Positions 1 through 11,303 of a stretch of 64,000 bases of DNA are shown piece after piece. A program made the position numbers and the translations under genes. The notes below the pieces were generated by a model that worked only from the letters and a program-made list of their open reading frames with translations, made no database searches and was not told where the DNA came from. This DNA comes from an uncultured Planctomycetota bacterium (GTDB lineage Bacteria; Planctomycetota; Planctomycetia; Isosphaerales; Isosphaeraceae): assembly GCA_963823665.1 (NCBI GenBank), contig CAWGMQ010000008.1, positions 1,120,001-1,184,000 of the forward strand. The letters run 5' to 3'. How positions within the stretch are numbered: position 1 is the stretch's first letter; every line of letters begins with the position of its first letter.

Positions 1-69
1 CGAAATTGATAGAGGCGGGGGGGGTTAGTTGCTCCCTGTCAAACACGTGCCGACTGATCCACCGGCCCG

Positions 70-3000
70 TCACTGGGGTTGAAGGACGCCCCCGCTGAAT
101 TCCACTCCCTTCATCTCCTCGCCCGGCGAGCTCTCCCACACCCACACCTTGCCGTCTGCCGATGCCGCGGCAAGCGCACTGCCGTCCGGGCTGAACGCAA
201 CGCCGTGGACACGGTCGCGCGGCCCGCGGATGACCAGCAGCTCGCGGCCGCGGGCGACGTCCCAGATGCGGACGGTCTGATCCAATCCCCCGGATGCCAG
301 CCGCGATCCATCCGGGCTGAACGCAATGCTCATCACAAAGTTCATGTGGCCCTCGAGCTTAAAGATCAATCGGCCGGTCGCGACATCCCAGAAGCCGATC
401 GTCCTGTCCGCTCCCGCGGCGGCGACTTTCGTGCCGTCGGGGCTTAGCGCCAGTGTGAACAGGGGACGCTCAAACTCTTTCAGGTTGAGGGTCGCCTCGC
501 CGGTCTCGGCGTTCCACACTCGCACGGAGCCATCCGCGCCCGAGGAGATCAGCCGCTTGTCGTCGGGACTGAACGCGATCGCGTGGATCGAGCCGGTGTG
601 CCCTGCGAGCGTGCGCAGGGGCACGCCGCTGGACGCGTTCCAGAGGCGGATCGTTCGCGCATCGCTTTGGGGCGGAGAAAACTTTCCGATCGGGGCCTGG
701 ACGATTTCAGGGGCATCGCCCCCGCCGGTCGCGATCGTTTTCCCGTCGTGACTGAACGCAACACTGGCAATGCCTTCGATATGATCGGAAATCACCAAAG
801 GCTCGGCGCCGCTCGTCAGGCTATGGACCCAAACCGACCGATCGCTACCGGCAAACGCGAGTCGCGCCCGGTGGGGTCATAGGCGAGTGCGAACGGGCTG
901 CCCATCGGAGTTTCGAGGGTTCGCTCGAGATTCCCCGATCGCAGACCCCAGAGCGCAACCGTCTCATCCGTGCCGGCGGCGGCAACCTGCGCTCCGTCCG
1001 GCCGAAAGGCGACTCCACCACGCCAGCGAACAAGAGGGGCATCGCCGTTAAAGCTCGTTTCCAGGTTCTTTCCTCGTACTTGCGCACGGAGAAACGCGCA
1101 CTCCTCGGTCGGATGCCAGGTCCCAGAGCTTTGATCGTCGCGTGCTGGCCGGCCGAGATCAGCTTGGTTCCATCATTGTTGAATGCGACCTCGAAAACCG
1201 GGTCCGTATGGCCCCGCAGGATGCCTGCGGGATTTCCATTGCGTGAATCCCAAAGACCGATTGGGCCGTCCTGGCTGCCGATCGCAAGTCCGTTTCCGTC
1301 GGGGCTGTAGGCGATCGCGTTCACTCGACTCGCGGCCGCGTGGAAGCTTGCTTCGTTCCCTGCCGGTGGATGCTTCCCAGATGCGCACATAGCGATCGGC
1401 GCCGCCGGATGCGATCAACTGGCCGCGCGGATCAAACGCGACGCACCACGCCCCGCCTTCATGTCCGCGGAAGATCACCGGCTTGCCGGAGTTGCTCTGC
1501 GAAATGTCCCAGACGCGCACGCTTCCGTCCTTGCCGGCAGCAGCAATCCGCTTGCCGTCGGGGCTCCAGGCAACGCCGAAGACTCCGCCGCATTCCGCGG
1601 CAATGACGAGCGAGGCACACCGGACTCGCGCTTGGCTTGATCGATTCGCGCGGCAAGATCCCAGATGCACACCTTGTCATCTTGTCCGGCCGAGGCGAGC
1701 CGATTGCCGTCGGGACTGAACGCGACGTCGGCGGCCCAGCCCTCGTGGGCGCGGAAGGCGTGATCGAGCCGCCCGGCGACGACGTTCCAGACCTTGACCT
1801 GCCCGTCCGATCCAGCCGTGGCCAGCCGAATTCCACGGCGATCGATTGCCGCGCCGAAGGAGGTGCCGTCGGGGCCGTGGAGCCGGCGGCTCCGCACGCC
1901 GTTGCCGGTATCCCACATCGAGCCGGAAGGAAGCTCCGACTCGACAGCGCCCGTCCCAGTTTCCCGGTCGAAAATCGCTGCGCGCAGAGGAACGCGGAGT
2001 GCCCGGTGATCGTCAGCATGTCGCCGTTCAGCCGGTTCTTGAGATAGCCCCACTCCCAGCCTCGTAGCCGCGGCGGGCATTTTTCCAGCTCGGCGGCGAT
2101 CAAACCCGGATCTTCGCGAGTCGGATCGGTGTTCGCCAGCAGACCGTCGATCGAGAGGATCTGCTTGGCGTAGCCTTCTTCCTCGGCTCGCAGCTTCTGG
2201 GCGTGCTCGTATACCGCCGCCTGCTCCGAGCGTTGCTGTTTTTCGCGAAGTTCCGTCGTGCTGATATATCCGCGAATCGCCGCTGCGCTGGCGAGCGCGG
2301 CAATACTCGCGAACAGAATGAGCGCCGCCGCCGCCGGCCGGCGGCGCACCCACTTCACCGCGCGCTCGAGGCGCGTCGCCGGCCGTGCCCGGATCGGTAG
2401 ATCCGCGAGCCAGCGCTCGAGGTCTTCCGCCAGCGCTTCGGCCGAATGGTAGCGCTTGAGCGGGTTCTTCTCGAGGCACTTGAGCACGATCGTCGCCAGG
2501 TCGCGATCGACCCCGGGATTCAGCGTGCTGGGATGTTCCGGATCTTGTTCGCGCACTAATCGCAGCGTTTCGAGCATTGTCTCGGCACGGAAGGGCGGGC
2601 GGCCGGTGAGCAGCTCGAACAGGATAGCCCCCAGGGCGTGAACGTCGGTCGCGGTCGTCACCGATTCGCGGCGTCCCTCGGCCTGCTCGGGTGCCATGTA
2701 ACTTGGCGTGGCGGCGATCGAGCCCGATTGGGTCAGCGCTGCCGCTTGCTCCTCGACCCGCTTGGCCAGGCCGAAATCGGTGACCAGCGGAACCAGCTCC
2801 TCGAGCGGCGAATCGCTGCGTCCCGAGAGCAGGATGTTTGCCGGTTTCAGATCGCGGTGCAGGATGCCTCGCTGATGCACGTAGTGCACGGCCCTGGCAA
2901 CCGTGGCGGTGAGCCGCGCGGCGGCACGCGGCGCCGATCGAAATCGCTCAACCTGCGCGGCCAGATTGCCGCCGTCCACGAGCTTCATGCTGAAGTAGTG

Positions 3001-3645
3001 GTGCCCGTCGTGCTCGCCGACTTCGTAAATCGGCACGATGTGCGGGTGATCCAGATGCGCGGCCGCTTCGGCCTCGAGCCGGAATCGCTGCAGATCGTCG
3101 GATGTCGCGAATCGCCCCGCGCGCACCATCTTGAGCGCGAGCGTGCGGTTCAAGCTAACCTGGCGGGCCTTGTAAACCACACCCATCCCGCCCTGCGCGA
3201 TCACCTCGATCAGCTCGTAATCACCAAAGTAGCTGATCCTTGCTTCGCGAGACTGGCGAGGGTCTGCGCCGAGCGCGATGCCTGACCCGTGCACGCCGGT
3301 GCGATCGAATTCGGCTTGAGCGGCGGAAAGCCCCGGAAACGGCACGGTTGCCGCACACCCGGGAGCATCCAGGTCGTCATCAAGCCCACCTTCGCGGCGA
3401 GTTTCAGTCCCCGTTGTTCCCTCGCGGAGAGGGGCGGTCAATCGCGACAGGTGGTCCTGGTTGGCGAAGAAGATGGAAAGCTCGTCGGCCAGATCCGGGT
3501 GATCGGCCTTGAGAGCAGCGCGATCAACGGGCGTGCCTGATTCGACCGCTTCGAGATAGGCCGCGATGACATCGTCCAGCCGTCCGTCGCTTGCTGCGGA
3601 CCGATCGCGATTCGGCTCGGACGAGTGCTTGGCGATTGCAGACAT
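70..3645 (-). CDS. Ser/Thr protein kinase with C-terminal WD40 repeats (split by several frameshifts)
   Basis: ORF 1459..3645 has [22 protein letters not shown] and TPSYMAPEQ followed by a TM segment. WD40 repeats (GH..V..VAFSPDG..LASG..D.TVRIWD) continue in ORFs 1475..2479, 1173..1670, 845..1390 and 70..798. Confidence 0.85.
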
Positions 3646-3660
3646 GACAGTAGCCCCGGT

Positions 3661-4254
3661 TCAGCGATCCAGGTTCTTTCGCAGCGATTTGAGCCCGCGG
3701 TGGAGCATTCCTGCGACCGCCGACTTGGTTGTGCCGAGCTCGAGCGCGATCTCGGCCAGCGGCCGCCCTTGCAAGTGATGAAGCTCGATCGCGCGGCGCT
3801 GACCGTCCGGCAGCGTCGCGAGTGATTCGGCCATCCTGAGCAATTCTTCCTGCCTGATCGCTTGCCGGCTGGGAGACGACTGCTCGGCAGCCAGCCACTG
3901 TTCGACGCGAGATGCCGATTGGTCGAGCGCCCGGTCGAGAGACCACTCGCGGCGAAAGTCGCGTTTGTGGGCAGTCAGCTTGCGGAGCACGTCCGCGAGA
4001 TTGTGGGAGAGGATCGAACGCAGCCATGCGGCGACCTCCGGGGCCGTCCGCGTCGGCCGCCGTTCCTCGAGCATGCCCTGGTGAGCTTCGAGCAGTGTTT
4101 GTTGAACGACGCCGGAGAGATCGACCTTGTCGCGCAGCCGCGGTGCGACCTCCAGGCGGGCAAGCAGATCCAGATAGGCGCGGAACCGCTCGAGCTGCTC
4201 CGGCCCGAGCGGCCCCTCCGCCAGTTCCTCGACGATTCGCGCTCTAGTCGTCAT
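3661..4254 (-). CDS. ECF sigma-70 factor (planctomycete kinase-associated type)
   Basis: Region 2 (FRAYLDLLAR..VDLSGVVQQTLLEAH..AAWLRSIL) and region 4 (LATLPDGQRRAIELHHLQGRPLAEIA..AVAGMLHRGLKSLR). ATG at 4254. Ends 15 bp before the kinase start. Confidence 0.88.
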   Translation of the reverse strand: MTTRARIVEELAEGPLGPEQLERFRAYLDLLARLEVAPRLRDKVDLSGVVQQTLLEAHQGMLEERRPTRTAPEVAAWLRSILSHNLADVLRKLTAHKRDFRREWSLDRALDQSASRVEQWLAAEQSSPSRQAIRQEELLRMAESLATLPDGQRRAIELHHLQGRPLAEIALELGTTKSAVAGMLHRGLKSLRKNLDR

Positions 4255-4294
4255 GAAGATCATTCTATCCAAGTGCTGCGGTTCGCGCGGCGGA

Positions 4295-6264
4295 TCAAAT
4301 CCCGGTCTTGGCAGAAGCCGGGGGCTCTGGCGCCGGGTTTGACGCGGCCTCCGGAGCGGCCTTTGTGATGATCGACCGCCACTCGGACATCGCGAGAGTC
4401 GGTTTGCCCTGTTCCTCGAGCAGGAACGCCAGCAGCATCCGCGCCGTTCGCTCACTGGAGCGATCGGTGCCGCCTTTCGCGGGCAGCGAGATCTGAGCAC
4501 GAAGCGAGCTTTCGACTGCCGCCAGACGGCCGCTTCGCAGGCGCAAGCGGCGTAGGCACGGCCGATCCACCAGTCTCGCATGCCGGGAATCTGCGACTCG
4601 AGGAACTCGGGCGCCAGGCTTCGAGCAGCCAGCTCAACCCGTCGTGCGTAGGCTTCCGCGGCCTTGGCGTCGTCGCCGCTTCCGTCGAGCGCGGTTGCTC
4701 TGATCTCGACGGCCGCGGGCGCATCCTCGATCTTCTGGCCCGGCGGCAACGGATAGGTAACAAGCGCCCTGAGCACGGCGTTTGCCTCTGACCTGGCCTC
4801 CTGATCCTGGCCCACCTGGCGCAGCAGTCGCGCCAGTTGTGCTCGAAGCGAGAGTGCGTTCGGGTCAAGCGGCTTGCCGTCGCCGGCGTTGTGGAGCGCG
4901 GCGCGGAGGTCGGTCACGAAGTCGGTGAGCAGCAGCTTGCCGCAAAGCGCTTTGACCTTCTCATCGCTGGTCGTCTTCGCGACGTGACGGACGATCGGCT
5001 CCAGAAAGCGGCCCTGGTCGTATAGAAAACGATAGGCTTTCGCGATTTCACTTGGTTTGCCTGAGGCAAAGCCGGCTATCGCCGCTTCGGCCTTCCGCTG
5101 GCGAGCGGCTGAGAGCATCTCCAGACGCCCCACCATCACACGTACGATCTTCCTGGGCGCGGGCTCGATGTTCATCGGGATGCAGTCGTCCGTCCACGAT
5201 TGCGGCAAGACAAACAGCACGCGAATTCCCTCGGTCTGGAAATAGCTGCTCTGCCAGGTGTTGACCATCGCCCGCGCCTCCTTGCTGAAAAGGCCACTGC
5301 CGGCAAGCCGCGCCGCCAGGTCGTCGCCGATCTTCCTGGTAAACTCCGCCAGAGGCATGGCTTTATCCATCGTCGGGATCACGCCGCTTGTGCTTTCCCC
5401 GGGCCGCATTTCAGCGCGGTAGGTGTAAGCGCCGCGGCCTCCTTCAACTCGCAAGACGAAGACGTCGCGCACGCCTTCGCTCACATCGACCTGAGGGTCG
5501 AGAGTCAGCGTACCGTCGCCGCTCTCCTCGATGCGCAGCGGCAGCCTCGCGGCGCCGAGCCCGCGGTAGAACAGGAACTTCTCGTATTCCTCAGCCGGCT
5601 TGGCCCGAGCGGCGTCGACCGTCTTGACGAACGCAGCATCAACCTCGCGGGCATGATTCCAGAGCGCGTCCGTGCTGGTCTGCGGCAGCATGCTGTTGAT
5701 TTCAGACGCCGTACCGCGCTGCTTGGTGCCGTTAGCGGGCATCGCGGACCTGGGAACGACTTCAGCAAACCAGCAGATACGCCCCCCTGCGAGCTTTCCC
5801 GCTTGCTCGGCCTGCGTGGCGAGACTCGGGACCACCAGCGCGGCCTGGGGATACCACTGGGTCCAGATCCCTTGGGGAAACCCGACTCCGACACGCACCT
5901 TCTGCTTTTCCTTGGTATAGAAATAGATGACCGGCGTTTCGCCCTTCAGGAACATCTGCGGCAGCTTGAGCTGATCGCGGCTCCGGCCGTGCACAAACGC
6001 GGGCAGAGCGTGCTCTTCGTGATACATCCCGTCCAGGGCCGTGCCATCTGCGCTGCTCATGCCCAGGAACGTGCCCCATTCGTGCACGACCAGGTCGCTG
6101 GTCTTCGCCAACGACGGCGTCTGCTTTTCATCTGGGTGCGGCAGCAGCGTTACACCCCGTACGCCGACAGAAACACAAATGCTTGCTGCAGCGGTTGTTA
6201 CGACAAGGAACACCGAACGCAGCAGCGCTCGCCCACATGAACTCGCAAATCGCATCGATCTCAT
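4295..6264 (-). CDS. Exported/membrane-anchored conserved hypothetical protein (frameshift near 4530)
   Basis: N-terminal hydrophobic segment and motifs VHEWGTF, ETPVIYFY, EKFLFYRGLG, KEARAMVNTW. The protein-like C-terminus continues in frame 4295..4570. Confidence 0.7.
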
Positions 6265-6655
6265 CGCAATGACCTCCGCCCTAGAGAGTTGCCCGCCGGC
6301 ACGTTGGAAGCTCGCCCGGAAGTCTTCCGGCGAGAATCACCTTCGTGTCGCTGTAAGGTTTCCCAGGGTATGAGGCGTATTATCGCCGCGGAGGGAGCGC
6401 GCCGCGGCCGCTTCGGCAAAGGGCGCGCGACCTGCCGATTGTGAAGTTTTCTGAATTCGCACCCCGATCATGCCGCCGGGAAAGTGCGAATTCCGATTCC
6501 CATCTTGTAAGGTGAGGCAGTCCGCGAAGGATCCTCGCGTCTGGTTTTTTTCGAGAGTTGCATCGGCCTGAGCGGTTCAGTCTGCCGCCTAAAACCTTGT
6601 AGCACGAACGAAGAAAGCCGGAGAAGAACCGGATTTCGTCACGGAGGATGAGATC

Positions 6656-7816
6656 ATGGATACAATATTTACACGGGCGCGAGGCGGGTCTCGCACGCAA
6701 GGTAGCGGGACGAAGGCGTGGTCGGGTCGTTCCGTGGAGACGCTCGAAGAGCGCCAGCTTCTCTCGAGCGGGATGGGGGTGGGATTGCTGGGCGGATTTG
6801 GGGCGGTCAAGGGGCGTGCGGCCGAGATGTCCTCGTTCCGCATGGGACGTCAGGGCGGTTTTTTCGGAGGTGGGTCTCTTGGGTTGGGCGGGGGTATGAG
6901 CAACCCCACTTTGCTGCTGACAGCGCCCCTTCTCGAGGGTGGGAGTGGTCAATCCGCGCCGCCGTCGCCGGCCGTGTTTTCGAACTCGGCTGTCCAGTCG
7001 GCGATGCAGACCCTGCAAACGGACTTGAAGACGGACATTCCCAGCGGGACCAAGCCGACCCACGCCTCAGTCGGCGCCCTCGAAGACGACCTGGACGCGA
7101 TCCGCAAGGGAACGCTTACCGGCAGTGCCGCGACGACCAAGATTCAGTCTGACCAGGCTGCGATACTTTCCAGCATGGGATTGACCGCTGCGCAGGTTTC
7201 GCAAATCCAGTCCGACCAGCAGGCGCTTCAGACGGCGATCTCGAATGCGAGTACGAGTACAAGTACAAGCACGACGGGCACGTCGACGGCGAGCACCTCA
7301 ACGACGACCAGCACGTCGACGGGTCCTTCATCGGCGGTTCAGACCGCCATGCAGACCTTGCAAACTGCCCTGCAAACCGACACGCCGAGCAACCCGACGA
7401 TCAGTCACGAGGCGATCGGACAGGTGCAGGATGATCTCGACGCGATCCGCAAGGGTACGCTGACCGGCAGCGCGGCGGTGACGCAAGTCCAGACTGATGC
7501 GGCAGCCGTGCTCACAAGCATGGGGTTGACCTCGACCCAGGTTTCGCAGATCCAGTCTGACCAGCAAGCGCTCGCGGCGGCGATTGCGGCCGATCCCAAT
7601 GCGCCGACGATGACAACCGGCGGCACGAGCTCGGCAACGCTGAGCACGCTCCAGTCGGTCTCGGCGTACCTTGTGGGGCTGCCGGGCATCTCGAGCTTCG
7701 GCCCGGGCGGCGGCATTGCAATCCGCGGCTTTGGGGCCGGAGGCATGGGACGCGGGGGCTTCGGGCAAGGAGGAGGCTTCGGGCCCGGAGGCGGGTCGGC
7801 CATGATGTGGCGATAA
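6656..7816 (+). CDS. Putative extracellular protein with planctomycete ETLEERQLLS motif and two ~85-aa helical repeats containing LTxxQ
   Basis: GGAGG SD upstream. RSVETLEERQLLS near the N-terminus. Duplicated unit SAVQ.AMQTLQT..DDLDAIRKGTLTGSAA..MGLT..QVSQIQSDQQAL separated by a Ser/Thr linker. Gly-rich ends. Confidence 0.75.
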   Translation: MDTIFTRARGGSRTQGSGTKAWSGRSVETLEERQLLSSGMGVGLLGGFGAVKGRAAEMSSFRMGRQGGFFGGGSLGLGGGMSNPTLLLTAPLLEGGSGQSAPPSPAVFSNSAVQSAMQTLQTDLKTDIPSGTKPTHASVGALEDDLDAIRKGTLTGSAATTKIQSDQAAILSSMGLTAAQVSQIQSDQQALQTAISNASTSTSTSTTGTSTASTSTTTSTSTGPSSAVQTAMQTLQTALQTDTPSNPTISHEAIGQVQDDLDAIRKGTLTGSAAVTQVQTDAAAVLTSMGLTSTQVSQIQSDQQALAAAIAADPNAPTMTTGGTSSATLSTLQSVSAYLVGLPGISSFGPGGGIAIRGFGAGGMGRGGFGQGGGFGPGGGSAMMWR

Positions 7817-7831
7817 CGATCGATGCGAGCC

Positions 7832-7861
7832 CGCTCGGGGGGCCGTCGCGTCCCCCGAGCG
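7832..7861. repeat. GC-rich hairpin between the repeat protein and the response regulator
   Basis: CGCTCGGGGG ... CCCCCGAGCG perfect 10-bp stem with no U-tract. Confidence 0.45.
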
Positions 7862-7898
7862 AGTTGCAAGAATCCGAACCTTCTACGAGTCGACCGCA

Positions 7899-8687
7899 AT
7901 GAATTTTGAAGACACCTTGGCGACCCCGTGCATCGCCGACAATCGACCGATTAACGGCGACGAGCTTCAACCCTCCTCGACCGAGCCCCAGCTCTCTGTT
8001 CTCTTGATTGAAGACGACGTCGAGCTTTGCGAACTGATGCGCGAGTTCTTCGCCGCGCGCGGGATCCGCATCGAGGCGATCCACGACGGCCGGCGCGGAC
8101 TGGCGCAGGCCTTTGCCGTATCCTATGATTTGATATTGCTTGACGTGATGTTGCCGGGGCTGGACGGGTTTGAAGTTCTGCGGCAAGTGCGCCGTCGCAG
8201 CGCGGTGCCGATCATCATGCTGACCGCTCGAACAGATAAGGTCGATCGGATCGCGGGGCTTGATTCCGGCGCCGACGACTATCTGCCCAAGCCGTTTGAT
8301 CCCGAGGAGCTGACGGCCCGGATGCGCGCGGTGCTGCGGTGCGCGGGAGGGATGGGGCGCGCGGGCGCGGACGCCATCGAGGTGAACGGTGTCAAGCTCT
8401 CTGCGGGCACGCGCGAAGTCTGGGCCGACGGCAAGCCAATCGAGCTGACAACGATCGAGTTTGATATCCTGGACCTGATCGCTCGCGCCGCCGGCCGTGT
8501 CGTGTCGCGCCACGAGCTGACTGCCGCGATCCACCAGCGGCCGATTTCGCCGCTTGATCGCTCGCTCGATGTCCACGTCAGCCACATTCGCAAGAAACTG
8601 GGCGGGCTCGGGGAGCTCATCCGCACCGTGCGGGGAGTAGGTTATCTGTTCCGGGCCGAGCTGCTCGATTCCAACGAGACCCGCTGA
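7899..8687 (+). CDS. OmpR/CpxR-family response regulator
   Basis: IEDD, LDVMLPGLDG, IIMLTAR, GADDYLPKPF, and winged helix DRSLDVHVSHIRKKL..IRTVRGVGY. Confidence 0.93.
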   Translation: MNFEDTLATPCIADNRPINGDELQPSSTEPQLSVLLIEDDVELCELMREFFAARGIRIEAIHDGRRGLAQAFAVSYDLILLDVMLPGLDGFEVLRQVRRRSAVPIIMLTARTDKVDRIAGLDSGADDYLPKPFDPEELTARMRAVLRCAGGMGRAGADAIEVNGVKLSAGTREVWADGKPIELTTIEFDILDLIARAAGRVVSRHELTAAIHQRPISPLDRSLDVHVSHIRKKLGGLGELIRTVRGVGYLFRAELLDSNETR

Positions 8688-10018
8688 TGAAGATCCGGGT
8701 GAGGTCGATCTTCACAAAAATCGTGGGTTGGGCCGTTGCTACGGTGGTGATTTCGCTGGTTGGGTTCGTCGTGACCTCGGCGTTCGTCTCAGCCCGGATT
8801 TCAGGGCGAAGCGCCACGTCGCCGCGGCTCTCCATGATGTATCTGGACGATGCCCGCCGCGCCTTTCAGGAAGGGGGCGCCAGAAGGCTCGACACCTTCC
8901 TGAAGCGGCTCAACGAGCACACCGAGTCGGAGCACTATCTCACCGACGGACGGGGCGTCGACCTGGTGACCGGCGAAGACAGATCGGCGCTCCGGATGTC
9001 TGACCCGTCAACCTACCGCTCGCCGGGATTGCCGTACTTGCCACGGAGCGAGACGTCGGTTCGAGTGCGCCGGTCGCGCGACGGCCGATTTCGCCTGATC
9101 ACGATTGTGCCGCCGACCGCCCATTTCGACCCGTGGGAGTCGCTGTGGTACTTTCTCTGGCTGCCGCTGGCGATCGCCGTGCTTTGTTACGTGCTGGCGG
9201 TGCACCTGGCCTCACCGCTGCGAAATCTCCGGAAGGTGGTCGAGCGGTTCGGCCGCGGCGACCTGGGAGCACGGTCCGAGCTCTCGCGGAGAGACGAGAT
9301 CGGCGAGCTGGCGCGCGCCTTCAACCTGATGGCCGGCCAGATCACGACGCTGCTGGCAGCGGAGCGGCGATTGCTTCAGGACGTCTCCCACGAGCTGCGA
9401 TCGCCACTGGCCCGGCTGGGCTTCGCCGTCGAGCTGGCCAAGACCAGCCCGGATCGCGAGCAGGCACTCGGCCGAATTCGCCAGGAAGCCGACCGCCTCG
9501 CACACCTGGTCGACGAGCTGCTTCAGCTCACGCGAGCGGAAGGCGACCCGGCCGCCCGGGTACACGAAGAGGTCGATCTACGCGAGCTGCTGCACGAGGT
9601 CGTCGCCAGTTGCGAGCTCGAAGCCGAGATGCAGGGCTGCCACCTGGATTCGAAGATTGACACGGCCGCCGTGCTGACCGGTGATTCCGAGCTGTTGCAG
9701 CGCGCCTGCGACAACGTGCTCCACAACGCCATCCGGCATGCCCCGAAGGGAACGGCGGTCGCGGTTGAGCTTTTGACTCACGATCACCGAATCACGATCT
9801 CGTTCCGCGACCACGGTCCCGGCGTTCCCGCCGATGAGCTTTCCGAGATCTTCAGACCTTTCTACCGCGTTGAATCCGACCGTGGCCGCGCCAGCGGCGG
9901 AGTCGGCCTGGGGCTGGCGATTGCCAGCCGTGCCGTCGAGCTCCACCAGGGCAAGATCACGGCCCGGAACGCCAACCCCGGGCTCCTGGTCGAGATCGAG
10001 CTGCCGACGGGACAGTGA
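8687..10018 (+). CDS. CpxA-like sensor histidine kinase (2 TM, HAMP)
   Basis: HAMP (RRDEIGELARAFN), H-box DVSHELRSPLARL, N-box NVLHNAIRH, G-boxes DHGPGV and GGVGLGLAI. TGATG overlap with the regulator. Confidence 0.93.
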   Translation: MKIRVRSIFTKIVGWAVATVVISLVGFVVTSAFVSARISGRSATSPRLSMMYLDDARRAFQEGGARRLDTFLKRLNEHTESEHYLTDGRGVDLVTGEDRSALRMSDPSTYRSPGLPYLPRSETSVRVRRSRDGRFRLITIVPPTAHFDPWESLWYFLWLPLAIAVLCYVLAVHLASPLRNLRKVVERFGRGDLGARSELSRRDEIGELARAFNLMAGQITTLLAAERRLLQDVSHELRSPLARLGFAVELAKTSPDREQALGRIRQEADRLAHLVDELLQLTRAEGDPAARVHEEVDLRELLHEVVASCELEAEMQGCHLDSKIDTAAVLTGDSELLQRACDNVLHNAIRHAPKGTAVAVELLTHDHRITISFRDHGPGVPADELSEIFRPFYRVESDRGRASGGVGLGLAIASRAVELHQGKITARNANPGLLVEIELPTGQ

Positions 10019-10080
10019 GCCCGGTGCCGTGCCGGAGCATGGCGCCGACTCCGCAGAAGCCGGTGGCCGCGGTTCTGGCG

Positions 10081-10527
10081 TTATCGTGGCCGCGCTGGGC
10101 GGTCGGTGTCGACGATCAGCCGGTTGCCGGCGATCTCCTCCCAGGCGAAGAACTTGAAATTCTGGCGCCCTTCGCGGCCGGGTTTGCCGTCTTGACAGAC
10201 AAAAAGGCCCCGAGGAAACTTCGTTGACGTGGCGACGTTCGTCAGTTCGATCCCGTCGGTTTGCCCTGGCTTCGCGATCGTGCCGGCCACCGGGTCGATG
10301 GTCGTCACGAACGCGTTTGAGCCGTCACGACGATAGACGAGAAACGTGTTCGCACCCTGGCTCGATGCGATCAAGTAGCCGCTGGACCGGGCTGCGTAAT
10401 AGATCGTCAACCCCTCGACGTCCGCGGCCAGGCCGTTTTCTCCCACACGGGCGACCAAGGTGCGGTCTTGGCCGTCGCCCGGCTCGGCGCCGAAACGCCA
10501 GATCCCGACTTTTTCTTCGCCGACATC
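10081..10527 (-). pseudogene. 5'-truncated beta-propeller phytase remnant
   Basis: VGEEKVGIWRFGAEP..ADVEGLTIYY..YLIASSQG..TDGIEL..FPRGLFVCQDG..QNFKFFAWEEI. In-frame stops lie immediately upstream, so only the C-terminal ~150 aa remain. Confidence 0.75.
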
Positions 10528-10801
10528 AGCCGCTCAACGTCAAACAGCACCACACAAGCATCTCGAGCCCGATCGGCCGCCGCAAGTTCACCATCGGGCA
10601 GTACCTCGCTCGAAACCAGCGTCCACAGTGATCCGTCGCACACGCGGCTTGCAATCGATCGCTCGAATCGACTACACCCCCTCGCAAGCGAAACTTTCAT
10701 TCTATGTCTCGATGTTCAGCCGTGATGAAGCAACCGAGAAGTTTTGGGTAAACCGTTCCCGTTGGGTCGGCCCATTCAGTCCAAACGCAAGCCTCGCGCC
10801 C

Positions 10802-10849
10802 TTGACGACGAGCCAAACCTACGCAATGATACGTACGCAGTTGGTGGTA
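10802..10849 (+). promoter_or_regulatory. Putative sigma-70 promoter overlapped by BlaI-type operator(s)
   Basis: TTGACG (10802) - 17 nt - AATGAT (10825). TACG-N8-CGTA at 10820-10835 and TACG-N8-GGTA at 10834-10849. Confidence 0.45.
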
Positions 10850-10874
10850 GGGGGAAAACACGGGGGGCGCAGAG

Positions 10875-11303
10875 ATGGCTGGACGGAAGGGCCTGGCGAT
10901 CACGGAGCGGCAGTTCGAGGTGCTTCGGGTGCTCTGGGGGCACGGGCCGCAGACGGTTCGCGGGTTGATGGTGCTTCTTCCCCGGGGAGACAGGCAGCCG
11001 TACACCACGGTGCTGGGGCTGTTGCAGGGGATGGAGAAGGCCGGGCTGGTCGATCATGAGAAAGACGGAATCACGCATCGCTATCGGCCTGTTGTCTCGC
11101 GTGAGGAAGGCACCGGCAACTTGCTCTCTGACTTCCTGGCGCGGTTCTTCCATGGATCGGCCGAGCAGTTGGTGCTTGGGCTGGTCGATGCGCAGGAACT
11201 GGCTCCTGATGACCTGCGGGCGATCGAGGCCAAGCTGGCGGATCAAGACTCGCGAGCAAATGGGACCAGGACTGCGCCTGCGAAAAAGAGGAAGGCGCGA
11301 TGA
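10875..11303 (+). CDS. BlaI/MecI/CopY family repressor
   Basis: ITERQFEVLRVLW..YTTVLGLLQGMEKAGLV..RYRPVVSRE..FFHGSAEQLVLGL. Confidence 0.92.
   Translation: MAGRKGLAITERQFEVLRVLWGHGPQTVRGLMVLLPRGDRQPYTTVLGLLQGMEKAGLVDHEKDGITHRYRPVVSREEGTGNLLSDFLARFFHGSAEQLVLGLVDAQELAPDDLRAIEAKLADQDSRANGTRTAPAKKRKAR

Noticed and set aside
3661..6264. 867-aa ORF that looks like an exported protein fused to a C-terminal ECF sigma
   Set aside because: The joining segment is out-of-frame junk. The upstream protein's natural C-terminus and stop are in frame 4295..4570 and the sigma has its own ATG at 4254, so this is a frameshift artefact.
5200..8585. Long antisense ORFs (e.g. 5200..6240 +, 7512..8585 -) and similar ones throughout the window
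   Set aside because: These are shadow ORFs expected opposite real genes in high-GC DNA, and they contain no recognisable motifs.
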